From IMG/VR virus record IMGVR_UViG_3300009149_000092, positions 1 through 41,321 of that record: a stretch of DNA of 41,321 nucleotides. One strand, 5' to 3'. Of the stretch, positions 1-8,571 are shown piece by piece (positions within the stretch are counted from its first letter, which is position 1; every line of letters starts with the position of its first letter). Both the position numbers and the translations under genes were made by a program. Origin of the DNA: a virus (Duplodnaviria; Caudoviricetes). Under the pieces are notes generated by a model, which saw only the letters and a list, made by a program, of their open reading frames with translations, ran no database searches and had not been told where the DNA came from.

Positions 1-1
1 A

Positions 2-118
2 TATGATTCTTATATTTGTTGACGTGTTTTTGTATTTGACTAAAGAATAATCAAATAGGTCGCCATGTTTGGCTTTAGAGCGCTTTAAGAACTCTGTCTC
101 TGTTATCTTTGTTTCCGT
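2..118 (-). pseudogene. 5' part of a homing-endonuclease-like ORF (DUF723-type repeat), runs off the window; first codon is ACG
   Basis: Manual translation TETKITETEFLKRSKAKHGDLFDYSLVKYKNTSTNIRII resembles the 'EFIxKAxxxHGDxYDYSxVxY' endonuclease-associated repeat. TATTTAT motif at 124-130; ACG at 116-118 where ATG is expected. Confidence 0.55.
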
Positions 119-182
119 ATTATATAAATATTAGTTAGTGGTACAAATATACGGAATACTTTTGACAAAAGCAAGCTTTTTC

Positions 183-401
183 TTATTTTTCTTCTGGAAC
201 CTCTCCAATATTGGTTGTGACAGGCTCTATAATAATGAAGATTTTGGTACCATACCACTTAGATTCGTAGATTACGTTGACAACCATTTTGTACTGACCA
301 TCTATATGAATCAGTTCATCTCTATGAGGTACAGATGCTATCCTCATGGAATCGATATATTTCCATTCCTTATTGATGATGTGTATTTTCTTTCCAAACA
401 T
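183..401 (-). CDS. hypothetical protein
   Basis: 72-aa ORF on the dominant coding strand. Confidence 0.6.
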   Translation of the reverse strand: MFGKKIHIINKEWKYIDSMRIASVPHRDELIHIDGQYKMVVNVIYESKWYGTKIFIIIEPVTTNIGEVPEEK

Positions 402-468
402 AGTACTAATTTAAGTCATTTTTATTGATAATTCAAGACTTTTTTCGTACTCACATATATTTATAGAT

Positions 469-543
469 ATGGAAACACAATTAAACTCATATGATATGAA
501 AGGATGCGGATGTTCAAAACCAAAGCCTAGACCAAGGACTTAA
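469..543 (+). CDS. small Cys/basic peptide (METQLNSYDMKGCGCSKPKPRPRT)
   Basis: Manual translation; directly follows a GACTTTT...TATTTAT promoter-like motif (437-464). Confidence 0.45.
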   Translation: METQLNSYDMKGCGCSKPKPRPRT

Positions 544-900
544 TTAGTACATGTCTGCTTCAGTTTCATTATTACCACTTAGGCGCTCTTCCTGAGCAGT
601 CTTATACCCTTCTTGGTACCCTCTATCGTACCCTCCGTTGTTGTTCTGATAATTACCTCCTCCACCATGATTAGTGTCTTTAGGTGACTTACCAGAGAAT
701 AACCATTCTGATGCAGTGAATCCTAGTCCAGCAATAGTAATATATGACATTGAGTTATATACGTGTTCTGCCACCGTCAAATCCCACCCTAAGTCACCAA
801 TGAACGCTGCCGACATTAATATGAACGATGTGATAGTGATTACTCGCTTACTTGAAACCTTACTGTCTGAACTTAATGCTTCCCTGATTAGATTTGCCAT
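544..900 (-). CDS. small two-TM membrane protein, possible holin
   Basis: SSKR followed by a hydrophobic helix, a second hydrophobic helix and a hydrophilic tail; TATTTAT motif at 915-921. Confidence 0.55.
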   Translation of the reverse strand: MANLIREALSSDSKVSSKRVITITSFILMSAAFIGDLGWDLTVAEHVYNSMSYITIAGLGFTASEWLFSGKSPKDTNHGGGGNYQNNNGGYDRGYQEGYKTAQEERLSGNNETEADMY

Positions 901-933
901 AATAGTGTTTAGTTATAAATATGGCTTGGTCTG

Positions 934-973
934 AAAAAGAAAAGCCCCCGACATGGAGCTTAGTCGGAGGTCT
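934..973 (-). terminator. intrinsic terminator
   Basis: Minus strand: AGACCTCCGAC-loop-GTCGGGGGCT followed by TTTCTTTTT. Confidence 0.6.
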
Positions 974-1049
974 TAGTTCCACTCGCGTGGAAGCATATAG
1001 CATCTTAAATATTTTTGGTGGGTTCTATTAAATATGTGGAATTTCAATA

Positions 1050-1084
1050 AAAAACGAAAGGTACGTAAATTTTACGTACCTTTC
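1050..1084 (-). terminator. intrinsic terminator / near-perfect inverted repeat
   Basis: GAAAGGTACGTAAA-T-TTTACGTACCTTTC (1056-1084), followed by a T run on the minus strand. Confidence 0.65.
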
Positions 1085-1099
1085 AAGCGATTAATATGG

Positions 1100-1118
1100 G
1101 GTGGAGTCGGAGGGAATC
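1100..1118 (-). other. orphan 3' end of a tmRNA/tRNA-Ala-like gene (relic)
   Basis: Minus strand GATTCCCTCCGACTCCACC reads as T-loop/T-stem 3' half + acceptor strand CGACTCC + discriminator A + CC; no 5' half found in the window. Confidence 0.4.
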
Positions 1119-1484
1119 TTACTCGTACAATGACGGATACTTGATTTTCATAAACTCCTTATCAAAAGCTTGTTTAAATAACCAGTGGGTTCTAAATAAT
1201 CTATCATAGGACATCCTATCACAAATATAGTGACACTCACCAGTGAATTCTTCAACCAATTCTTGTGAAGTTATTTCTGAGTACTCAGTGTTCTCTTTGT
1301 GTAAGTCTTTCCAGTTCTCCATATCGAAGTCATAGAATAGGCTATCGATAATCTTTTGATTATACCCAAGTCTAAGTGATTTCAAAAAGTGTGTAAAACA
1401 CTGATGCCACTTATAATGCAACTCATCAAACTCCATTTCTGAGTCCATTTTACACATTAAATCGTAATAGTCGTCTTTCTTCAT
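1119..1484 (-). CDS. hypothetical protein (start re-called at 1484)
   Basis: ATG at 1484 lies directly after a TACCTTTG promoter element (1489-1496). Confidence 0.65.
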   Translation of the reverse strand: MKKDDYYDLMCKMDSEMEFDELHYKWHQCFTHFLKSLRLGYNQKIIDSLFYDFDMENWKDLHKENTEYSEITSQELVEEFTGECHYICDRMSYDRLFRTHWLFKQAFDKEFMKIKYPSLYE

Positions 1485-1501
1485 AAAACAAAGGTACGAA
1501 A

Positions 1502-1678
1502 TTATTTCGACATTTCCAAATGTGACCAAGTTTTTCCCTTATTAATATCACATATACAAGGTCTGGATACACCAAATTTTGTTGCAATCTTACTCTGAGA
1601 TAACTTTCCGTCAGAGAGCAATCTCTTAATTTCTAAAACTACCTCTTTGGTTAATTTACTATTACCATTAGAGATACC
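1502..1678 (-). pseudogene. relic C-terminal HTH domain of a homing endonuclease
   Basis: GISNGNSKLTKEVVLEIKRLLSDGKLSQSKIATKFGVSRPCICDINKGK then, after a frameshift in an A run, TWSHL; no start codon or nuclease domain. Confidence 0.6.
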
Positions 1679-1719
1679 AAAAAAACCAGAAAGAGTATAC
1701 GAAAACTTCTATTATAGTG

Positions 1720-1771
1720 GATTTTTAAATGATAAGTCATAAATTAATTTATGACTTATCATTTAAAAATC
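1720..1771. repeat. 52-bp perfect palindrome
   Basis: GATTTTTAAATGATAAGTCATAAATT|AATTTATGACTTATCATTTAAAAATC, 1 bp from the clpP stop. Confidence 0.95.
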
Positions 1772-1772
1772 A

Positions 1773-2459
1773 TTATTTATCTCTCTTATTAGTAATTATT
1801 CCCTCTAAAATACCATACTCTTGGGCTTCTTCCGCAGACAACCACAAATCTCTAGAGGCGTCAAGTTTGACCTGTTCTGCCGTCTTACCGCAAAAGTCAC
1901 CTAACATCTTGAATAGTGTATCATTACACTTTTCCGCCTCCGTTAATGATATTCTCATATCTTGAATGTTACCCGTACTTCCTCCCGATACTTGGTGAAG
2001 CATTACTCTTGAGTGGGGTAAGGAGTATCGTTTACCCTTAGTACCCGCACCTAGTAACACACTACCCATACTAGCGGCCATTCCTGTGTTGATTGTGGTG
2101 ATGTCTGACTGAGTATAGTTCATAACATCAATCATACTCAATCCAGACTTGACTGACCCTCCAGGAGTGTCAACATGCATCGTAATATCTTCTTGACTCT
2201 GTAGGTCCATCCACATCAATTGAGCCTGTACCACTGTTGACATTCCATCATGAACAGGACCAGCAATCCAAATGATTCTATCCATCATCAATCTAGAGAA
2301 GATATCCATCTGAATGGCTCTCATTTCTCTTTCCTCAACGATGTAAGGTGTCATAGATGCTTGTGCTCCGTATAGGCGCTCTTGCATCTTTTCCCAATTA
2401 TGGAGTTGCATACCGCTAACTCCTAAATGGTTTTTTGCGTAATTTTCGAAATCGTTCAT
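1773..2459 (-). CDS. clpP: ATP-dependent Clp protease proteolytic subunit
   Basis: DIFSRLMMDRII, TPGGSV, GMAASMGS (catalytic Ser), RVMLHQ (His), RDLWLSAEEAQEYGI. Confidence 0.95.
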   Translation of the reverse strand: MNDFENYAKNHLGVSGMQLHNWEKMQERLYGAQASMTPYIVEEREMRAIQMDIFSRLMMDRIIWIAGPVHDGMSTVVQAQLMWMDLQSQEDITMHVDTPGGSVKSGLSMIDVMNYTQSDITTINTGMAASMGSVLLGAGTKGKRYSLPHSRVMLHQVSGGSTGNIQDMRISLTEAEKCNDTLFKMLGDFCGKTAEQVKLDASRDLWLSAEEAQEYGILEGIITNKRDK

Positions 2460-2929
2460 TATCCTACTATTGCTTTAGTTTCGTCTTCTTGGTCTCTCTT
2501 TTGTGTGTAACACGCCTTAACGGTTTCTCTCACACCTTCCATAATATCATGACCATGCTTTTGAGCAATCAATGACATTACTTGGTAATCTGGCTTGGTA
2601 ATAGTAACCTTATCAGATTCAAAGCTGTAAGAAATTTGAGCTATTGTTTCTTCAGCTATAATTGCTTGATGAGCTGGATTTAACATCTCAAAGATGGCAC
2701 CGTTAACTTCGATTTCTACATCGAAACCGTTCTCTTCTCCACCAGTGTGATATTTCACTTTTGGTGAAGCTTTGGCTACTTTAGTAGGTAGTCCATTGGT
2801 AATCGGAAGGTTTAGGGTGTTGATAACGCATAGGTTAACATTTCGCTCTAAATCAGCTAGGCTGAAAGATGCCCTGAATATATCCTCTAGGTCATCGAAT
2901 AATTGACTATATTTTGGTTGTTTTGACAT
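2459..2929 (-). CDS. hypothetical protein, possibly a degenerate phage metallopeptidase-like fold
   Basis: Coupled to clpP; no intact HExxH motif. Confidence 0.6.
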   Translation of the reverse strand: MSKQPKYSQLFDDLEDIFRASFSLADLERNVNLCVINTLNLPITNGLPTKVAKASPKVKYHTGGEENGFDVEIEVNGAIFEMLNPAHQAIIAEETIAQISYSFESDKVTITKPDYQVMSLIAQKHGHDIMEGVRETVKACYTQKRDQEDETKAIVG

Positions 2930-3007
2930 AATTAATCGTAAGTTTATTTCTTCGTTATTATAATGCGAAGATACTCAATAATTATGACAATTTCAACCCT
3001 TAGCCAA

Positions 3008-3985
3008 TTAATGTTTCAGTTGACGGATAATTTCTTTGTCTTCGTCAGATACTTCAGTTGGCATGGTTACCCAAACCTCAATAGTCATGTCACCCCTATT
3101 CTCCTTCACTTCTGAGGCGCTTCTATGGAATAATCCCTGTCCTTTAAGTCGCAACTTAGCTCCATTCTGAGTTAGAGAAGGTACAGTCAATTTTAATTTC
3201 TTACCCTCAATGTTAGGTACCGTTTTCTCACACCCTAGAACCATTTCTGGGTAGGTCAATTCTAATTCTTGGACTAGGTTGAATGGGGACTGGTGAGTCT
3301 CATTGCTGAAGATGTCATGTTCCTTCACTGCGATTTTAACTCGTAATTCTCCGAATCGACCCTTAGAAACTTCGTTACCACCACCACCAGACACCAACAT
3401 AGAACCATTCAAAAGGCTTGGTGGGATGTTGACGACTGTATCGACAGCGTCTTGCGCATGACCAGTGGACTCACACTTAGTACATGGGTCTACATTCATA
3501 CTACCACTACCACTACATGTTCTACACTCAGCCATTAATAAGTTCCCACCCATATTGAATTGGATGTGACCCTGACCTCCACATTCTGAACAGGTCGATG
3601 GATTTGTACCACCTTCTCCATTACAGTCATTACAGATAGCTGACCTATTGTAATGGATGTTCATATCTGCACCATTAAAGCATTGCTCTAAGGTGATTGT
3701 TATGTTCACTGTGATATGTGGCGTTACCCGTGTCTGCCTACTGGCAGCTTGTTGCCTACCAAAAAAGTCATGGAAGTTACCCATTCGTGGAGCTGGTGTA
3801 TCATATTCTTTGCGTTTCTGTTCATCACTTAGAACCTCATTGGCATCATTTATTTTCTGGAACTCGGCCACATCACCACCCCTATCTGGGTGATGGGTTT
3901 TCGAAAGGCTCCTATACGCTTTCTTGATATCCGCTTGGGTTGCATCCTTAGATACACCTAACACCTCATAATAATCTTCCATCAA
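3008..3985 (-). CDS. dnaJ: DnaJ co-chaperone
   Basis: DYYEVLGV J-domain with HPD, four CxxCxGxG-type repeats, C-terminal LRLKGQG domain. Confidence 0.95.
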   Translation of the reverse strand: MMEDYYEVLGVSKDATQADIKKAYRSLSKTHHPDRGGDVAEFQKINDANEVLSDEQKRKEYDTPAPRMGNFHDFFGRQQAASRQTRVTPHITVNITITLEQCFNGADMNIHYNRSAICNDCNGEGGTNPSTCSECGGQGHIQFNMGGNLLMAECRTCSGSGSMNVDPCTKCESTGHAQDAVDTVVNIPPSLLNGSMLVSGGGGNEVSKGRFGELRVKIAVKEHDIFSNETHQSPFNLVQELELTYPEMVLGCEKTVPNIEGKKLKLTVPSLTQNGAKLRLKGQGLFHRSASEVKENRGDMTIEVWVTMPTEVSDEDKEIIRQLKH

Positions 3986-4031
3986 CTATTGAATTTTAGA
4001 CAAATATACGTATTATTTATGGAAAAACCAA

Positions 4032-4691
4032 ATGTATCGAACAATATTAGTTGGTAATGGCAAATATCGCAAGACTATTCATAGATGTATGAAGGAGACC
4101 ACTGCGTATATTAACTACAATAGGATTAGAGAGGAAAACGAATCAGTTGTCTTCCCCAAGAGGTTCGTGAACGATAAAGTAATCAAACCTGTCAAATATC
4201 AAATCTTCCTAGTCAAGGACATCGAAGATGGCGACAGAAATAGATTCATTAGAGACGACATTGGGAGGCTTCATGAGGAAACCCCCATCTTCGACCTATG
4301 GACTGTTAAAGAGTCTTGTTCGTACTCTGTTGAGGAAACCTTCTGGATATATGGTCACCCATCAAAAAAGAATAGGAAAACCTTCAACGATGTACTGGAT
4401 TTGGTCTTCTTGGATTCTGCCAATGCGGATAGTAGTAGACAAGCGATTGTCGTACACAATAAACTGGTCGTTCAGAATGAGGACCGTTTCGATATGATTA
4501 TCTGTAAGAATAAGAAAGATTGCCAACGCCTACACCACAAACTACGTGACTATGGTAAGGACAATAAAATAAAAGGCGTTCTATTTATGGGGACATGCGG
4601 TCCAGCAAATATCTCAATGATGTATGACATTATAGTAGAACGTACTAGTTGGGATATTAAAAAGGTTAGGAGAACCTCAACAAGACCTTAA
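4032..4691 (+). CDS. hypothetical phage protein; C-terminus duplicated at 5201-5263
   Basis: 219-aa ORF ending KKVRRTSTRP. Confidence 0.8.
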   Translation: MYRTILVGNGKYRKTIHRCMKETTAYINYNRIREENESVVFPKRFVNDKVIKPVKYQIFLVKDIEDGDRNRFIRDDIGRLHEETPIFDLWTVKESCSYSVEETFWIYGHPSKKNRKTFNDVLDLVFLDSANADSSRQAIVVHNKLVVQNEDRFDMIICKNKKDCQRLHHKLRDYGKDNKIKGVLFMGTCGPANISMMYDIIVERTSWDIKKVRRTSTRP

Positions 4692-4769
4692 TTTTGACTC
4701 TATTAAAAAATGTTATTTTTATAACACTTTTATGATTTTCTAGATATTTATTATTAAAGAATTAATATT

Positions 4770-4940
4770 ATGGGAAGAAAGAAGATTAAGAATAAAAAGG
4801 TAAGGTTTTCTATTACTATGAATAGTGAACTCAGTAAGATAGTAAAGGACTTACGACCAAATATGTCTAAATATCTTGAGTGGTTGGTATATCGAGATTT
4901 ATATAATCATAACAAGTTAGATGATGACTTCATATTATGA
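4770..4940 (+). CDS. small ribbon-helix-helix-like DNA-binding protein (56 aa)
   Basis: MGRKKIKNKKVRFSITMNSELSKIVKDLRPNMSKYLEWLVYRDL...; ATGA overlap with the next ORF; TATTTAT at 4745. Confidence 0.7.
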   Translation: MGRKKIKNKKVRFSITMNSELSKIVKDLRPNMSKYLEWLVYRDLYNHNKLDDDFIL

Positions 4941-5179
4941 TTATCAAGGGTAGAGTTTGTAATAAATGTGATACGTTTAAGGGGTTCTCATATTTTAGTA
5001 AGAATAAATATGGGAAGTATGGATATAAGAGTATCTGTAAAATATGTCAAAAGTTACCACCAAAGAAAGTAGCCACACTAAATGAAAACGTTAAAAGGTG
5101 TAACTGGTGTGACGAAATTAAGAATAAAGACGAATTTAGTAAAGTTAATAGAGACATTAAAAAAGACCTCATACTTTAA
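4937..5179 (+). pseudogene. truncated HNH-family endonuclease (N-terminal Zn-ribbon repeats only)
   Basis: CNKC...FSKNK...CKIC and CNWC...EFSK repeats as at the N-termini of the 10651 and 30733 HNH proteins; catalytic domain absent. Confidence 0.65.
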
Positions 5180-5200
5180 AGTTATCTCTAATGTCCGTTT

Positions 5201-5263
5201 ATCATCCACGATAACACTGAGTGGCCTTATAAGAAGATTAGACGCACTTCAACTAGGCCATAG
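5201..5263 (+). pseudogene. orphan duplicate C-terminus of gene 4032..4691
   Basis: IIHDNTEWPYKKIRRTSTRP* vs IIVERTSWDIKKVRRTSTRP*. Confidence 0.9.
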
Positions 5264-5355
5264 CCCTAAGGCCAATGTATACCTTGACCCACTTGTTCGT
5301 TAAATACTTTATAACTAGAGCGTCCCACTCTAAAACATTTTTACACTCTTCCGAC

Positions 5356-5652
5356 TTAATCATTTACTAATTCTTTTAACTTCTCAATCACGTTCTTCTT
5401 CAAGAACAATGGGTAATAATGCCAATCAGTGGAATTTATAATCAGGTCAAAATCTATATTCTGACCAGTTCCTATACACTTCATAAATACAAATAAGACT
5501 TCAGAAGGTGAATCGGGGGAAGACGTGATAGTAAAATAAATGGTACCAATTTCGACAAACTCTGCACTGTCAATGGAATTAAGAATTCCATTATCTAGGT
5601 AATAATACCTATCCAATAACGTCCTTGGGTCTTCGACTGTCTGATTATTCAT
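5356..5652 (-). CDS. hypothetical protein
   Basis: 98-aa ORF overlapping the upstream gene, operon-like. Confidence 0.65.
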   Translation of the reverse strand: MNNQTVEDPRTLLDRYYYLDNGILNSIDSAEFVEIGTIYFTITSSPDSPSEVLFVFMKCIGTGQNIDFDLIINSTDWHYYPLFLKKNVIEKLKELVND

Positions 5653-5941
5653 CCTTATTCACAAATTCATCAGCAACGTCTTCTCCAAGTTGGAAGTTCT
5701 TCTTGATGTCCTCGATGATTTTTTCGAGCTTGTCCATATCCTCATACGTGTGCATAACTGGATTGATACATTCGATTCGTTCATTATCATCCGTAGGGAT
5801 GAAGAAAGCTATCATATTATCACTTTTCTCTGCAATGATTTGATTTATAAATTCGGTGTAAGGTAGAAATACATCTGCGTCAGCCATAAGTTCTCTATCC
5901 AAATAGAAAACCAGTACTGTTGGTGTTGTTTTTGGTTCCAT
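5645..5941 (-). CDS. hypothetical protein
   Basis: 98-aa ORF, translationally coupled. Confidence 0.7.
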   Translation of the reverse strand: MEPKTTPTVLVFYLDRELMADADVFLPYTEFINQIIAEKSDNMIAFFIPTDDNERIECINPVMHTYEDMDKLEKIIEDIKKNFQLGEDVADEFVNKDE

Positions 5942-6198
5942 TATATATACTGTTTGTCAAATTCTTCGAATGCTACTTCTTCAATAACATCCTCTAAGTT
6001 ATAATTACCGTTCTGGTCGAAATTCTCTCCCAATAGTCGGTCTACTAATTCATTTTTTGAGTCATCTCCATAAATCATATCAACTGATATCTTTACGTCC
6101 TCATCCATTAGATAGACCAAGTACTCGTTCATCACCTTTGATTCGTGGAACGTACTTACAAGTCTATCACTATTCTTCACTATTATTTTCATCGTCAT
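5941..6198 (-). CDS. hypothetical protein (start re-called at about 6198)
   Basis: The longer ORF start lies inside a terminator hairpin; MTMKIIV is more plausible. Confidence 0.6.
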   Translation of the reverse strand: MTMKIIVKNSDRLVSTFHESKVMNEYLVYLMDEDVKISVDMIYGDDSKNELVDRLLGENFDQNGNYNLEDVIEEVAFEEFDKQYI

Positions 6199-6254
6199 TT
6201 TTGATTTATAGTTTAAGTTTAAACAAAAAAAATAACATAGTAAAGTGGAAACGC

Positions 6255-6290
6255 AAAAAAGGTGAAGAATCTTTCGAAACTTCACCTTTT
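6255..6290. terminator. intrinsic terminator, possibly bidirectional
   Basis: AAAAAAGGTGAAG-loop-CTTCACCTTTT. Confidence 0.7.
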
Positions 6291-6333
6291 AAGGGTACGT
6301 TAACCCGTACCAAGCGTCTGTCAGTCGCTAAAC

Positions 6334-6453
6334 TTACACTGTGACTACATCGTACCTTTCGGACCCGATGATGTCATACATCATTGACTCTGGAGTCATG
6401 TTCTTCCCAGCCAACAAAGCCTTAAGCAATGCTGGAGAAAATCCACTCACCAG
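6334..6453 (-). pseudogene. orphan duplicate C-terminus of the DUF2828/vWA gene
   Basis: LVSGFSPALLKALLAGKNMTPESMMYDIIGSERYDVVTV* vs LVSGFNVNLLTNLLAGKDLSPYSMMMSTLNDDRYASITV*. Confidence 0.92.
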
Positions 6454-6558
6454 TATTCATAGTACAAAGATACGCATTTATTCGTAATTTGTCAAGGTTA
6501 TACTACTTTTATACTACTTTTATAGTTTATCAACCTATTTATAATAAAGACGAATAGT

Positions 6559-6714
6559 ATGAGTAAGAAATCACTACCAATAGAAGAAACTAAAATAAAG
6601 TTAAGTATTACCTTATCTAGAGAACTAAATAACAAGTTAAGGTGCTTATCTAAGAATAAATCTAAATTAATAGAATCAATATTATCTAAACATATCGATG
6701 AATGGAAACATTAA
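6559..6714 (+). CDS. small ribbon-helix-helix-like DNA-binding protein (51 aa)
   Basis: MSKKSLPIEETKIKLSITLSRELNNKLRCLSKNKSKLIESILSKHIDEWKH; overlaps the GIY-YIG start; TATTTAT at 6536. Confidence 0.7.
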   Translation: MSKKSLPIEETKIKLSITLSRELNNKLRCLSKNKSKLIESILSKHIDEWKH

Positions 6715-7394
6715 CATATATTTATACGTTATCAGACCCTAGAACCGACATATTTTACTATGTCGGTAAAACTATAACACCCGAAAATAGATTAAAGGGA
6801 CATATTAAGGACGCTAAAACCAAAAGGCGTAACAATTTATCGTGTAATTGGGTTAAATCACTGTTAAAGGAAGGGGTAGAACCAAAAATGGACATTATAG
6901 ACGAAGTATACGGAGAATGGGAGTGGTTGGAGAGGTATTGGATATCTCAGTTTAAAACGTGGGGATTCGAACTTAAAAATATGACCAATGGTGGTGATTC
7001 TAACCCAATGTCTAATCCATCATCAAGAAAGAAAGTATCTGATAAGTTAAAAGGGGTATCATTATCAAAGGAACATAAAGATAATGTATCGAAAGCTAAA
7101 ACAGGAGTTCCTATTCATTCTGAAAAACAAAAAGCCAACTATAGTAAAATGAATGGCGGCATTAATAATCCCATGTTCGGTAAAAAACATAGTAATACCA
7201 CCCTATTAAAAATGAAAATACCCATATTACAGTACACTCTAGACGATGATTTAGTCAGGGAGTGGGATTCTGCGGCTGATGTTGAGCGTGAATGTGGTCT
7301 GATAGCCAAATGTATTAATAGGTGCGCTAAAGGAGATAGAGCAACTGCATATGGTTATAAATGGGTATACAAAAATGGGAAAGGTAGAGATTAA
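6702..7394 (+). CDS. GIY-YIG homing endonuclease with NUMOD-type DNA-binding repeats
   Basis: YIYTLSDP...YYVGKT...RLKGH, ERYWI, LKNMTNGGD, NPMFGKKHS, TAYGYKW. Confidence 0.9.
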   Translation: METLTYIYTLSDPRTDIFYYVGKTITPENRLKGHIKDAKTKRRNNLSCNWVKSLLKEGVEPKMDIIDEVYGEWEWLERYWISQFKTWGFELKNMTNGGDSNPMSNPSSRKKVSDKLKGVSLSKEHKDNVSKAKTGVPIHSEKQKANYSKMNGGINNPMFGKKHSNTTLLKMKIPILQYTLDDDLVREWDSAADVERECGLIAKCINRCAKGDRATAYGYKWVYKNGKGRD

Positions 7395-7407
7395 TCTACC
7401 TACCCAA

Positions 7408-8511
7408 TTATACGGTTATAGACGCATATCTGTCATCGTTAAGCGTACTCATCATCATACTATATGGAGACAAATCCTTACCAGCTAATAGATTTGTTAG
7501 TAAATTAACGTTGAATCCACTTACCAGTGCAGTCCCTTGCTTGTCGAATTCTACTGGACTGTCGCCATTTCTAGCGTTCAAATTCCAGTAAACCAACTTT
7601 GGCACTTCGTACCCAGCATCTTCATACATGGTTTCAATCATCTTTTGAGCCGTTGGGTTCCACTCCGAAGAGGTTTCACGCCAATAGGTAGTTCTTACAG
7701 CTTGATTGAACTGCATATCACTAAGAATCGTAACTATGGTAGGCATTTGGTCTTGTGAGACTTTATTAGCCTTAGCCTTAGCTAGAATAAGCTTGAATAC
7801 CGCCTCAACGTTGGTACTCATACCCCATTCTGCACGTCTTAGTTGGTTACACCTCTCACTCAATGACCCCTTAAGGTATTGAAGCTCTGGTGTACTGGAG
7901 AAAGTGACGAATGCATCCTTGAATGCACCTTCATTTCTCTCGGAGATGTATAGTCCTAAACTTACAGCTACGTCAAGGCACGAAACCGAACCTTTACCGC
8001 TTGCTGGACAAGTCATTGAACCAGATACGTCTACAACTGGCAATAACCTTTCGGCATTACCTTCCAAATAGTTAGGAAGCGCATTCCATTGAGCGTTTGC
8101 ACCTTGGGCGTTGCCTTGGTTCAACGAATTAACAACGTTGTATGGGTATACAGCGCCAGCGTTGATTTTGGCTTCGCCCTTTTCTACAGAATTCAAGTAC
8201 TCAACGAACCTTTCAGTATCGCGCTTACCGAATGTCTTCATGTAGTCGGACATTGCTTTAGAAGGAATCTTCCCGTACTCGATAGATGACCAGTCTCCTG
8301 AACACATGGCATTTTCAACCACGTTAGTCAGTTCAACCAACATCTTACGGTACTCCTTTGGAGACAAACTTAATTTCTCTCTTAATACTTTTACCACTCT
8401 CTTCTTGTCCGCGTTTTTCACGTTTGGACGTGGCATCCACTTAGCGACCAAAGATGACGACATCATCTCAGATTCTAAAAATCTTTTTAATTTTAACTTA
8501 TTTTCATTCAT
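7408..8511 (-). CDS. DUF2828-type (TROVE-like + vWA) protein, C-terminal fragment
   Basis: AKWMPR, MIDAS DVSGSM, ILSDMQF, YWNL, VSGF. Confidence 0.85.
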   Translation of the reverse strand: MNENKLKLKRFLESEMMSSSLVAKWMPRPNVKNADKKRVVKVLREKLSLSPKEYRKMLVELTNVVENAMCSGDWSSIEYGKIPSKAMSDYMKTFGKRDTERFVEYLNSVEKGEAKINAGAVYPYNVVNSLNQGNAQGANAQWNALPNYLEGNAERLLPVVDVSGSMTCPASGKGSVSCLDVAVSLGLYISERNEGAFKDAFVTFSSTPELQYLKGSLSERCNQLRRAEWGMSTNVEAVFKLILAKAKANKVSQDQMPTIVTILSDMQFNQAVRTTYWRETSSEWNPTAQKMIETMYEDAGYEVPKLVYWNLNARNGDSPVEFDKQGTALVSGFNVNLLTNLLAGKDLSPYSMMMSTLNDDRYASITV

Positions 8512-8571
8512 AATTCACTTTTCATTAAATTTCTTATATGTATCTCTAGGCATCCACTTAAAATTAATATC

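Noticed and set aside
5082-5303. 73-aa plus-strand ORF as the frameshifted continuation of the truncated HNH
   Set aside because: No HNH motifs; the informative frame here is the 5201-5263 scar.
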